NCBI GenBank assembly: GCA_964016885.1
Contig: OZ024745.1
Coordinates: 29,574,001 to 29,638,000, forward strand
Direction of reading: 5' to 3'
Length of the DNA: 64,000 nucleotides
Origin: Eledone cirrhosa
Taxonomy: Eukaryota
Shown here: piece after piece, positions 26,999-41,400 of the stretch
Layout of the letters: every line of letters begins with the position of its first letter
Position numbering within the stretch: the stretch's first letter is position 1
The notes under the pieces: model-generated
What the model was told of the DNA's origin: nothing
What the model saw: only the letters and a program-made list of their open reading frames with translations
Database searches by the model: none
Program-made: the position numbers and the translations under genes

Positions 26999-29900
26999 TC
27001 TGGACACAGACACAGTACAGCGCCTTGGACACAGAGACAGTACAGTGTCTTGGACACAGAGACAGTACAGTGTCTTGGACACAGAGACAGTACAGTGTCT
27101 TGAACACAGACACAATACAGTGCCTTGGACACAGACACAGTACAGTGTCTTGGACACAGAGACAGTACAGTTTCTTGGACACAGAGACAGTACAGTGTCT
27201 TGGACACAGAGACAGTACAGTGTCTTGAACACAGACACAGTAGAGTGCCTTGGACACAGAGACAGTACAGTGTCTTGGACACAGAGACAGAACAGTGTCT
27301 TGGACACAGAGACAGTACAGTGTCTTGGAAACAGAGACAGTACAGTGTCTTGGACACAGAGATAGTACAGTGTCTTGGACACAGACACAGTAGAGTGCCT
27401 TGGACACAGAGACAGTACAGTGTCTTGGACACAGAGATAGTACAGTGTCTTGAACACAGACACAGTAGAGTGCCTTGGACACAGAGACAGTACAGTGTCT
27501 TGGACACAGAGACAGAACAGTGTCTTGGACACAGAGACAGTACAGTGTCTTGGAAACAGAGACAGTACAGTGTCTTGGACACAGAGACAGTACAGTGTCT
27601 TGGAAACAGAGACAGTACAGTGTCTTGGACACAGAGAGAGTACAGTGTCTTGGACACTGAGATGGTACAGTGTCTTGGACACAGAGATAGTACAGTGTCT
27701 TGGACACAGAGACAGTACAGTGTCTTGGACACAGACATAGTACAGTGTCTTGGACACAGACACAGTACAGTGTCTTGGACACAGACATAGTACAGTGTCT
27801 TGGACACAGACACAGTACAGTGTCATGGACACAGAGATAGTACAGTGTCTTGGACACAGAGACAGTACAGTGTCTTGGATACAGACACAGTACAGTGTCT
27901 TGGACACAGAGATAGTACGGTGTCTTGGACACAGACACAGTACAGTGTCTTGGACACAGACACAGTACAGTGTCTTGGACACAGACACAGTACAGTGTCT
28001 TGGATACAGACACAGTATAGTGTCTTGGACACAGAGACAGTACAGTGCCTTGGACACAGAGACAGTACAGTGTCTTGGACACAGAGACAGTAGAGTGTCT
28101 TGGACACAGAGATAGTACAGTGTCTTGGACACAGAGACAGTACAGTGTCTTGGACACAGAGACAGTACAGTGTCTTGGACACAGAGATAGTACAGTGTCT
28201 TGGATACAGACACAGTACAGTGTCTTGGACACAGACATAGTACAGTGTCTTGGACACAGACACAGTACAGTGTCATGGACACAGAGATAGTACAGTGTCT
28301 TGGACACAGAGACAGTACAGTGTCTTGGATACAGACACAGTACAGTGTCTTGGACACAGAGATAGTACGGTGTCTTGGACACAGACACAGTACAGTGTCT
28401 TGGACACAGACACAGTACAGTGTCTTGGACACAGACACAGTACAGTGTCTTGGATACAGACACAGTATAGTGTCTTGGACACAGAGACAGTACAGTGCCT
28501 TGGACACAGAGACAGTACAGTGTCTTGGACACAGAGATAGTACAGTGTCTTGGATACAGACACAGTACAGTGTCTTGGACATCGACACAGTACAGTGTCT
28601 TGGATACAGACACAGTACAGTGTCTTGGACACAGACACGGTACAGTGTCTTGGATACAGACACAGTATAGTGTCTTGGACACAGATAGTACAGTGTTTTG
28701 GATACAGACACAGTACAGTGTCTTGGATACAGACACAGTATAGTGTCTTGGACATCGACACAGTACAGTGTCTTGGACACAGACACAGTACAGTGTCTTG
28801 GACACAGAGATAGTACAGTGTCTTGGATACAGACACAATACTGTGTCTTGGATACAGACACAGTACAGTGTCTTGGACACAGAGATAGTACAGTGTCTTG
28901 GATACAGACACAGTACAGTGTCTTGGACACAGAGACAGTACAGTGTCTTGGATACAGACACAGTAGTGTCTTGGACACAGAGATAGTACAGTGTCTTGGA
29001 TACAGATACAGTACAGTTTCTTGGACACAGAGATAGTACAGTGTCTTGGATACAGACACAGTACAGTGTCTTGGACACAGACACAGTACAGTGTCTTGGA
29101 CACAGACATGTACAGTGTCTTGGACACAGACAGTGTACAGTGTCTTGGACACAGAGATAGTACAGTGTCTTGGAAACAGCGACAGTACAGAGACTAGGAC
29201 ACAGAGACAGTACAGTGTCTTGGACACAGACACAGTACAGTGTCTTGGACACAGAGACAGTACAGTGTCTTGGACACAGAGACAGTACATTGCCTTGGAC
29301 ACAGAGACAGTACAGTGTCTTGGATACAGACACAGTACAGTGTCTTGGACATCGACACAGTACAGTGTCTTGGATACAGACACAGTACAGTGTCTTGGAC
29401 ACGGACACAGTACAGTGTCTTGGATACAGACACACTACAGTGTCTTGGACACAGATAGTACAGTGTTTTGGATACAGAGACAGTACAGTGTCTTGGACAC
29501 AGAGACAGTACATTGCCTTGGACACAGAGACAGTACAGTGTCTTGGACACAGAGATAGTACAGTGTCTTGGATACAGACACAGTACAGTGTCTTGGACAT
29601 CGACACAGTACAGTGTCTTGGATACAGACACAGTACAGTGTCTTGGACACAGACACAGTACAGTGTCTTGGATACAGACACAGTACAGTGTCTTGGACAC
29701 AGACACAGTACAGTGTCTTGGGTACAGACACAGTACAGTGTCTTGGGTACAGACACAGTACAGTGTCTTGAACACAGACAGAGTACAGTGTCTTGGACAC
29801 AGAGATAGTACAGTGTCTTGGATAGAGACACAGTACAGTGTCATGGACATCGACACAGTACAGTGTCTTGGAACAGAGATAGTACAGTGTCTTGGATACA

Positions 29901-32900
29901 GATACAGTACAGTGTCTTGGACACAGAGATAGTACAGTGTCTTGGACACAGAGACAGTACAGTGTCTTGGACACAGAGACAGTACATTGCCTTGGACACA
30001 GAGACAGTACAGTGTCTTGGACACAGAGATAGTACAGTGTCTTGGATACAGACACAGTACAGTGTCTTGGATAGAGACACAGTACAGTGTCATGGACATC
30101 GACACAGTACAGTGTCTTGGACACAGAGATAGTACAGTGTCTTGGATACAGATACAGTACAGTGTCTTGGACACAGAGATAGTACAGTGTCTTGGATACA
30201 GACACAGTACAGTGTCTTGGACACAGACACAGTACAGTGTCTTGGACACAGACACAGTACAGTGTCTTGGACACAGAGATAGTACAGTGTCTTGGATACA
30301 GATACAGTACAGTGTCTTGGACACAGAGATAGTACAGTGTCTTGGATACAGACACAGTACAGTGTCTTGGACACAGATACAGTACAGTGTCTTGGACACA
30401 GAAACAGTACAGTGGCTTCGACACAGTCACAGTACAGTGTCTTGGACACAGACACAGTACAGTGTCTTGGATACAGACACAGTACAGTGTCTTGGACACA
30501 GAGACAGTACAGTGTCTTGGAAACAGAGATAGTACAGTGTCTTGGATACAGACACAGTACAGTGTCTTGGACACAGACACAGTACAGTGTCTTGGATACA
30601 GACACAGAACAGTGTCTTGAACACGGACACAGTACAGTGTCTTGGACACAGAGACAGTACAGTGCCTTGGACACAGAGATAGTACAGTCTCTTGGACACG
30701 GAGACAGTACAGTGTCTTGGATAGAGACACAGTACAGTGTCTTGGACACAAACACAGTACAGTGTCTTGGATACAGACACAGTACAGTGTCTTGGACACA
30801 GACACAGTACAGTGCCTTGGACACAGAGAGAGTACAGTGTCTTGGACACAGAGATAGTATAGTGTCTTGCACACAGAGACAGTACAGTGTCTTGCACACA
30901 GACACAGTACAGTGTCTTGGACACAGACACAGTACAGTGTCTTGGACACAGACACAGTACAGTGTCTTGGACACAGACACAGTACAGTGTCTTGGACACA
31001 GACACAGTAAAGTGTCTTGGACACAGACACAGAACAGTGTCTTGGATACAGACACAGTACAGTGTCTTGGACACAGAGATAGTGCAGTGTCTTGGATACA
31101 GACACAGTACAGTGTCTTGGACACAGACACAGTACAGTGTCTTGGATACAGACACAGTACAGTGTCTTGGACACAGAGACAGTACAGTGGCTTGGACACA
31201 GAGACAGTACAGTGTCTTGGACACAGAGATAGTACAGTGTCTTGGATACAGACACAGTACAGTGTCTTGGACATCGACACAGTACAGTGTCTTGGATACA
31301 GACACAGTACAGTGTCTTGGACACAGACACAGTACAGTGTCTTGGATACAGACACGGTATAGTGTCTTGGACACATATAGTACAGTGTTTTGGATAGGGA
31401 CACAGTACAGTGTCTTGGATACAGACACAGTATAGTGTCTTGGACACAGAGATAGTACAGTGTCTTGGACACAGCGACAGTACAGAGACCAGGACACAGA
31501 GACAGTACAGTGTCTTGGACACAGACACAGTACAGTGTCTTGGACACAGAGACAGTACAGTGTCTTGGACACAGAGACAGTGCATTGCCTTGGACACAGA
31601 GACAGTACAGTGTCTTGGACACAGAGATAGTACAGTGTCTGGGATACAGACACAGTACAGTGTCTTGGACATCGACACAGTACAGTGTCTTGGATACAGA
31701 CACAGTACAGTGTCTTGGACACAGACACAGTACAGTGTGTTGGATACAGACACACTACAGTGTCTGGGACACAGATAGTACAATGTTTTGGATACAGACA
31801 CAGTACAGTGTCTTGGATACAGACACAGTACAGTGTCTTGGACACAGATACAGTACAGTGTCTTGAACACAGAAACAGTACAGTGGCTTCGACACAGTCA
31901 CAGTACAGTGTCTTGGATACAGAGACAGTACAGTGTCTTGGACACAGAGATAGTACAGTGTCTTGGATACAGACACAGTACAGTGTCTTGGACACAGAGA
32001 CAGTACAGTGTCTTGGACACAGATATAGTACAGTGTCTTGGATACAGACACAGTACAGTGTCTTGGACACAGATACAGTACAGTGTCTTGAACACAGAAA
32101 CAGTACAGTGGCTTCGACACAGTCACAGTACAGTGTCTTGGATACAGAGACAGTACAGTGTCTTGGACACAGAGATAGTACAGTGTCTTGGATACAGACA
32201 CAGTACAGTGTCTTGGACACAGAGACAGTACAGTGTCTTGGACACAGAGATAGTACAGTGTCTTGGATACAGACACAGTACAGTGTCTTGGACACAGACA
32301 CAGTACAGTGTCTTGGATACAGACACAGAACTGTGTCTTGAACACGGACACAGTACAGTGTCTTGGACACAGAGACAGAACAGTGCCTTGGACACAGAGA
32401 TAGTACAGTGTCTTGGACACAGAGACAGTACAGTGTCTTGGACACAGACACAGTACAGTACCTTGGACACAGAGACAGTACAGTGTCTTGGACACAGAGA
32501 CAGTACAGTGTCTTGGACACAGAGATAGTACAGTGTCTTGGACACAGAGACAGTACAGTGCCTTGGACACAGAGACAGTACAGTGTCTTGGACACAGACA
32601 CAGTACAGTGTCTTGGACACAGACACAGTACAGTGTCTTGGACACAGAGACAGTACAGTGTCTTGGACACAGAGATAGTACAGTGTCTTGGAAACAGAGA
32701 TAGTACAGTGTCTTGGACACAGACACAGTACAGTGTCTTGCATACAGACACAGTACAGTGTCTTGGATACAGACACAGTACAGTGTCTTGAACACAGACA
32801 GAGTACAGTGTCTTGGACACAGAGACAGTACAGTGTCTTGGATACAGATACAGTACAGTGTCTTGGACACAGATATAGTACAGTGTCTTGGATACAGACA

Positions 32901-35087
32901 CAGTACAGTGTCTTGGACACAGATACAGTACAGTGTCTTCAACACAGAAACAGTACAGTGGCTTCGACACAGTCACAGTACAGTGTCTTGGATACAGAGA
33001 CAGTACAGTGTCTTGGACACAGAGATAGTACAGTGTCTTGGATACAGACACAGTACAGTGTCTTGGACACAGAGACAGTACAGTGTCTTGGACACAGAGA
33101 TAGTACAGTGTCTTGGATACAGACACAGTACAGTGTCTTGGACACAGACACAGTACAGTGTCTTGGATACAGACACAGAACTGTGTCTTGAACACGGACA
33201 CAGTACAGTGTCTTGGACACAGAGACAGAACAGTGCCTTGGACACAGAGATAGTACAGTGTCTTGGACACAGAGACAGTACAGTGTCTTGGACACAGACA
33301 CAGTACAGTACCTTGGACACAGAGACAGTACAGTGTCTTGGACACAGAGACAGTACAGTGTCTTGGACACAGAGATAGTACAGTGTCTTGGACACAGAGA
33401 CAGTACAGTGCCTTGGACACAGAGACAGTACAGTGTCTTGGACACAGACACAGTACAGTGTCTTGGACACAGACACAGTACAGTGTCTTGGACACAGAGA
33501 CAGTACAGTGTCTTGGACACAGAGACAGTACAGTGTCTTGGATAGAGATACAGTACAGTGTCTTGGACACAAACACAGTACAGTGTCTTGGACACAGACA
33601 CAGTACAGTGTCTTGGACACAGAGACAGTACAGTGTCTTGGACACAGAGACAGTACAGTGCCTTGGACACAGAGACAGTACAGTGTCTTGGACACAGAGA
33701 TAGTACAGTGTCTTGGACACAGACACAGTACAGTGTCTTGGACACAGACACAGTACAGTGTCTTGGATACAGACACAGTACAGTGTCTTGGACATCGACA
33801 CAGTACAGTGTCTTGGACACAGACACAGTACAGTGTCTTGGACACAGAGATAGTACAGTGCCTTGGATACAGACACAGTACAGTGTCTTGGACACAGAGA
33901 CAATACAGTGTCTTGGACACAGAGATAGTACAGTGTCTTGGATACAGACACAGTACAGTGTCTTGGATACAGACACAGTACAGTGTCTTGGACACAGAGA
34001 TAGTACAGTGTCTTGGACACAGCAACAGTACAGAGACTTGGACACAGAGACAGCACAGTGTCTTGGACACAGACACAGTACAGTGTCTTGGACACAGAGA
34101 CAGTACAGAGTCTTTGACACAGAGACAGTATAGTGTCTTGGACACAGAGACAGTACAGTGTCTTGGATACAGACACAGTACAGTGCCTTGGACATCGACA
34201 CAGTACAGTATCTTGGACAAAGACACAGTATAGTGTGTTGGACACAGAGACAGTACAGTGGCTTGGACACAGACACAGTACAGTGTCTTGGTCACGGAGA
34301 CAGTACAGTGTCTTGGACACAGAGATAGTACAGTGTCTTGGAGACAGACACGGTACAGTGTCTTGGACACAGAGACAGTACAGTGGGTTGGACACAGACA
34401 CAGACACAGTACAGTGTCTTGGACACAGATACAGTACAGTGTCTTGGACACAGAAACAGTACAGTGGCTTCGACACAGTCACAGTACAGTGTCTTGGACA
34501 CAGAGACAGTACAGTGTCTTGGACACAGAGATAGTACAGTGTCTTGGATACAGACACAGTACAGTGTCTTGGACACAGAGACAGTACAGTGTCTTGGACA
34601 CAGAGATAGTACAGTGTCTTGGATACAGACACAGTACAGTGTCTTGGACACAGACACAGTACAGTGTCTTGGATACAGACACAGAACAGTGTCTTGAACA
34701 CGGACACAGTACAGTGTCTTGGACACAGAGACAGTACAGTGTCTTGGACACAGAGACAGTACGGTGTCTTGGATAGAGACACAGTACAGTGTCTTGGACA
34801 CAAACACAGTACAGTGCGTTGGACACAGACACAGTACAGTGTCTTGGACACAGAGACAGTACAGTGCCTTGGACACAGAGACAGTACAGTGTCTTGGACA
34901 CAGAGATAGTACAGTGTCTTGGATACAGACACAGTACAGTGTCTTGGACACAGACACAGTACAGTGTCTTGGATACAGACACACTACAGTGTCTTGCACA
35001 CAGATAGTACAGTGTTTTGGATACAGACACAGTACAGTGTCTTGGATACAGACACAGTACAGTGTCTTGGACACAGAGATAGTGCAG
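26999..35087. repeat. 25-bp minisatellite array 1 (about 324 units), consensus CAGTACAGTGTCTTGGACACAGA(C/G)A
   Basis: Direct observation. Main variants are ...ACAGACACAG, ...ACAGAGACAG, ...ACAGAGATAG and GGATAC for GGACAC. Confidence 0.97.
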
Positions 35088-35448
35088 TAAATGGGGTTTG
35101 GATTTTATCCTATTTATCAGACATAAAACAGAAGGTTGACTTATATTCAGATCAGCTTATAATCGAGTATACAGTTATTTTGTAAATAATCAATAATTTT
35201 AGAAATTTAGTGAAATAAATAACCATATTAATAAGTAGATGTTTAGAACATAAAAATATTCTCCCATAACAACATTTGAGAGTTAACTATTAACATCCTC
35301 TAATGATTTAGTATAAACTATCTAAAAATATAAAAATTTGCAGTAAAGATTATAATTTTCAATATGAGGCTGTCAAAATGTTTTCTACTTTTGAAGAATG
35401 TCTTGCGAATGAGGTTTAATGTAGTACAGATGATGAAGAGTTAAATGT

Positions 35449-38400
35449 TCTGGACACAGACACAGTACGGTGCTTTGGACACACAGACAGTACAGTGTCT
35501 TGGACACAGAGACGGTACAGTGTCTTGGACACAGAGACAGTACAGTGTCTTGAACACAGACACAGTACAGTGCCTTTGACACAGAGACAGTACAGAGTCT
35601 TGGACACAGAGACAGTACAGTGTCTTAGATACAGACACAGTACAGTGCCTTCGACATCGACACAGTACATTGTATTGGACACAGACATAGTACAGTGTCT
35701 TGGACACAGAGACAGTACAGTGGCTTGGACACAGACACAGTACAGTGTTTTGGACACAGAAACAGTACAGTGTCTTGGACACAGAGATAGTACCGTGTCT
35801 TGGACACAGACAAAGTACAGTGTCTTGGACACAGACACAGTACAGTGGCTTGGACACAGACACAGTACAGTGTCTTGGACATAGAGACAGTACAGTGTCT
35901 TGGACACAGAGACAGTACAGAGTCTTGGACACAGAGACAGTACAGAGTCTTGGACACAGAGATAGTACAGTGTCTTGGACACAGACACAGTACAGTGTCT
36001 TGGATACAGACACAGTACAGTGGCTTCGATACAGACACAGTACAGTGTCTTGGGCACAGAGACAGTAGAGAGTCTTGGACACAGAGATAGTACAGTGCCT
36101 TGGACACAGACACAGTACAGTATCTTGGACACAGAGACAGTACAGTGTCTTGGACACAGAGACAGTACAGTGCCTTGGACACAGAGACAGTACAGTGTCT
36201 TGGACACAGAGACAGTACAGTGTCTTGGATACAGACACAGTACAGTGCATTGGACATCGACACAGTATAGTGTCTTGGACACAGACACAGTACAGTGTCT
36301 TGGACACAGAGATAGTACAGTGTCTTGGACACAGAGACAGTACAGAGACTTGGACACAGAGACAGTACAGTTTCTTGGACACAGAGACAGTACAGTGTCT
36401 TGGATACAGACACAGTACAGTGACTGGAACATCGACACAGTACTATGTCTTGGACACAGAGACAGTACAGTTTCTTGGACACAGAGACAGTACAGTGGCT
36501 TGGACACAGACACAGTACAGTGTCTTGGACACAGAGACAGTACAGTGTCTTGGACACAGAGATAGTACAGTGTCTTGGACACAGACACAGTACAGTGTCT
36601 TGGACACAGAGACAGTGCGGTGGCTTGGACACAGAGACAGTACAGTGTCTTGGACACAGAGACAGTACAGTGTCTTGGACACAGACACAGTACAGTGTCT
36701 TCGACACAGAGACAGTACAGATTATTGGACACAGAGATAGTACAGTGTCTTGTACACAGACACAGTACAGTGTCTTGGACACAGACACAGTACAGTGTCT
36801 TGGACATAGAGACAGTGAAGTGTCTTGGACACAGAGACAGTACAGAGTCCTGGACACAGAGACAGTACAGATTCTTGGACGCAGAGATAGTACAGTGTCT
36901 TGGACACAGACACAGTACAGTGTCTTGGATAAAGACACAGTACAGTGGCTTAGACACTGACACAGTACATTTTCTTGGACACAGAGACAGTACAGAGTCG
37001 TGGACACAGAGATAGTACAGTGTCTTGGAGACAGACACAGTACAGTGTCTTGGACACAGACACAGTACAGTGTCTTGGACACAGAGACAGTACAGTGTCT
37101 TGGATACAGACACAGTACAGTGTCTTGGACACAGAGACAGTACAGTGTCTTGGACACAGACACAGTACAGTGCCTTGGACACAGACACAGTACAGTGTCT
37201 TGGACACAGAGATAGTACAGTGTCTTGGACACAGAGACAGTACAGAGACTTGGACACAGAGACAGTACAGTGTCTTGGACACAGCGACAGTACAGAGACT
37301 TGGACACAGAGACAGCACAGTGGCTTGGACAGAGACACAGTACAATGTCTTGAACACAGAGACAGTACAGTGTTTTGGACACAGAGATAGTACAGTGTCT
37401 TGGACACAGACACAGTACAGTGTCTTGGACACAGACACAGTACAGTGGCTTGGACACAGACACAGTACAGTGTCTTGGACACAGAGTCAGTACAGTGTCT
37501 TGGACACAGCGACAGTACAGAGACTTGGACACAGAGACAGTACAGTGTCATGGACACAGACACAGTACAGTGTCTTGGACACAGAGACAGTACAGTGTCT
37601 GGGACACAGAGACAGTACAGTGTCTTGGACACAGAGACAGTACAGTGTCTTGGACACAAACACAGTACAGTGTCTTGGACACAGAGATAGTACAGTGTCT
37701 TGGACACAGACACAGTACAGTGCCTTGGACACAGAGACAGTACAGTGTCTTGGACACAGAGGCAGTACAGTGCCTTGGACACAGAGACAGTACAGTGTCT
37801 TGGACACAGAGAGAGTACAGTGTCTTGGATACAGACACAGTACAGTGCATTGGACATCGACAGAGTATAGTGTCTTGGACACAGACACAGTACAGTGTCT
37901 TGGACACAGAGATAGTACAGTGTCTTGGACACAGAGACAGTACAGTGTCTTGGACACAGACACAGTACAGTGCCTTGGACATCGGCACAGTACAGTGTCT
38001 TGGACACAGACACAGTACAGTGTCTTGGACACAGACACAGTACAGTGTCTTGGACACAGACACAGTTCAGTGTCTTGGACACAGACACAGTACAGTGTCT
38101 TGGACACAGACACAGTAAAGAGTCTTGGACACAGACACAGTACAGTGTCTTGGACACAGACACAGTACAGTGGCTTGGAAACAGACACAGTACAGTGTCT
38201 TGGACAAAAAAACAGTACAATGTCTTGGACAAAGACAAAGTACAGTGCCTTGGACACAGACACAGTACAGTGTCTTGGACACAGACACAGTACAGTGTCT
38301 TGGACACAGAGACAGTACAGTGTCTTGGACACAGACACAGTACAGTGCCTTGGACACAGAGACAGTGCAGTAAATGGGGTTTGGATTTTATCCTATTTAT

Positions 38401-41400
38401 CAGACATAAAACAGAAGGTTGACTTATATTCAGATCAGCTTATAATCGAGTATACAGTTATTTTGTAAATAATCAATAATTTTAGAAATTTAGTGAAATA
38501 AATAACCATATTAATAAGTAGATGTTTAGAACATAAAAATATTCTCCCATAACAACATTTGAGAGTTAACTATTAACATCCTGTAATGATTTAGTATAAA
38601 CTATCTAAAAATATAAAAATTTGCAGTAAAGATTATAATTTTCAATATGAGGCTGTCAAAATGTTTTCTACTTTTGAAGAATGTCTTGCGAATGAGGTTT
38701 AATGTAGTACAGATGATGAAGAGTTAAATGTTCTGGACACAGACACAGTACAGTGCTTTGGACACAGAGACAGTACAGTGCTTTGGACACAGAGACAGTA
38801 CAGTGTCTTGGACACAGAGACAGTACAGTGTCTTGAACACAGACACAGTACAGTGCCTTGGACACAGAGACAGTACAGAGTCTTGGACACAGAGACAGTA
38901 CAGTGTCTTAGATACAGACACAGTACAGTACCTTCGACATCGACACAGTACATTGTATTGGACACAGACATAGTACAGTGTCTTGGACACAGAGACAGTA
39001 CAGTGGCTTGGACACAGACACAGTACAGTGTTTTGGACACAGAAACAGTACAGTGTCTTGGACACAGAGATAGTACCGTGTCTTGGACACAGACAAAGTA
39101 CAGTGTCTTGGACACAGACACAGTACAGTGGCTTGGACACAGACACAGTACAGTGTCTTGGACATAGAGACAGTACAGTGTCTTGGACACAGAGACAGTA
39201 CAGTGTCTTAGATACAGACACAGTACAGTGCCTTCGACATCGACACAGTACATTGTATTGGACACAGACATAGTACAGTGTCTTGGACACAGAGACAGTA
39301 CAGTGGCTTGGACACAGACACAGTACAGTGTTTTGGACACAGAAACAGTACAGTGTCTTGGACACAGAGATAGTACCGTGTCTTGGACACAGACAAAGTA
39401 CAGTGTCTTGGACACAGACACAGTACAGTGGCTTGGACACAGACACAGTACAGTGTCTTGGACATAGAGACAGTACAGTGTCTTGGACACAGAGACAGTA
39501 TAGAGTCTTGGACACAGAGACAGTACAGAGTCTTGGACACAGAGATAGTACAGTGTCTTGGACACAGACACAGTACAGTGTCTTGGATACAGACACAGTA
39601 CAGTGGCTTCGATACAGACACAGTACAGTGTCTTGGGCACAGAGACAGTAGAGAGTCTTGGACACAGAGATAGTACAGTGCCTTGGACACAGACACAGTA
39701 CAGTATCTTGGACACAGAGACAGTACAGTGTCTTGGACACAGAGACAGTACAGTGCCTTGGACACAGAGACAGTACAGTCTCTTGGACACAGAGACAGTA
39801 CAGTGTCTTGGATACAGACACAGTACAGTGCATTGGACATCGACACAGTATAGTGTCTTGGACACAGACACAGTACAGTGTCTTGGACACAGAGATAGTA
39901 CAGTGTCTTGGACACAGAGACAGTACAGAGACTTGGACACAGAGACAGTACAGTTTCTTGGACACAGAGAAAGTACAGTGTCTTGGATACAGACACAGTA
40001 CAGTGACTGGAACATCGACACAGTACAGTGTCTTGGACACAGAGACAGTACAGTTTCTTGGACACAGAGACAGTACAGTGGCTTGGACACAGACACAGTA
40101 CAGTGTCTTGGACACAGAGACAGTACAGTGTCTTGGACACAGAGATAGTACAGTGTCTTGGACACAGACACAGTACAGTGTCTTGGACACAGAGACAGTG
40201 CGGTGGCTTGGACACAGAGACAGTACAGTGTCTTGGACACAGAGACAGTACAGTGTCTTGGACGCAGACACAGTACAGTGTCTTCGACACAGAGACAGTA
40301 CAGATTATTGGACACAGAGATAGTACAGTGTCTTGTACACAGACACAGTACAGTGTCTTGGACACAGACACAGTACAGTGTCTTGGACATAGAGACAGTG
40401 AAGTGTCTTGGACACAGAGACAGTACAGAGTCCTGGACACAGAGACAGTACAGATTCTTGGACGCAGAGATAGTACAGTGTCTTGGACACAGACACAGTA
40501 CAGTGTCTTGGATAAAGACACAGTACAGTGGCTTCGACACTGACACAGTACATTTTCTTGGACACAGAGACAGTACAGAGTCGTGGACACAGAGATAGTA
40601 CAGTGTCTTGGAGACAGACACAGTACAGTGTCTTGGACACAGACACAGTACAGTGTCTTGGACACAGAGACAGTACAGTGTCTTGGATACAGACACAGTA
40701 CAGTGTCTTGGACACAGAGACAGTACAGTGTCTTGGACACAGACACAGTACAGTGCCTTGGACACAGACACAGTACAGTGTATTGGACACAGAGATAGTA
40801 CAGAGTCTTGGACACAGAGACAGTACAGAGTCTTGGACACAGAGATAGTACAGTGTCTTGGACACAGACACAGTACAGTGTCTTGGATACAGACACAGTA
40901 CAGTGGCTTCGATACAGACACAGTACAGTGTCTTGGGCACAGAGACAGTAGAGAGTCTTGGACACAGAGATAGTACAGTGCCTTGGACACAGACACAGTA
41001 CAGTATCTTGGACACAGAGACAGTACAGTGTCTTGGACACAGAGACAGTACAGTGCCTTGGACACAGAGACAGTACAGTGTCTTGGACACAGAGACAGTA
41101 CAGTGTCTTGGATACAGACACAGTACAGTGCATTGGACATCGACACAGTATAGTGTCTTGGACACAGACACAGTACAGTGTCTTGGACACAGAGATAGTA
41201 CAGTGTCTTGGACACAGAGACAGTACAGAGACTTGGACACAGAGACAGTACAGAGTCTTGGACACAGAGACAGTACAGAGACTTGGACACAGAGACAGTA
41301 CAGTGTCTTGGACACAGACACAGTACAGTGTCTTGGACACAGAGACAGTACAGAGACTTGGACACAGAGACAGTACAGTGTCTTGGACACAGACACAGTA

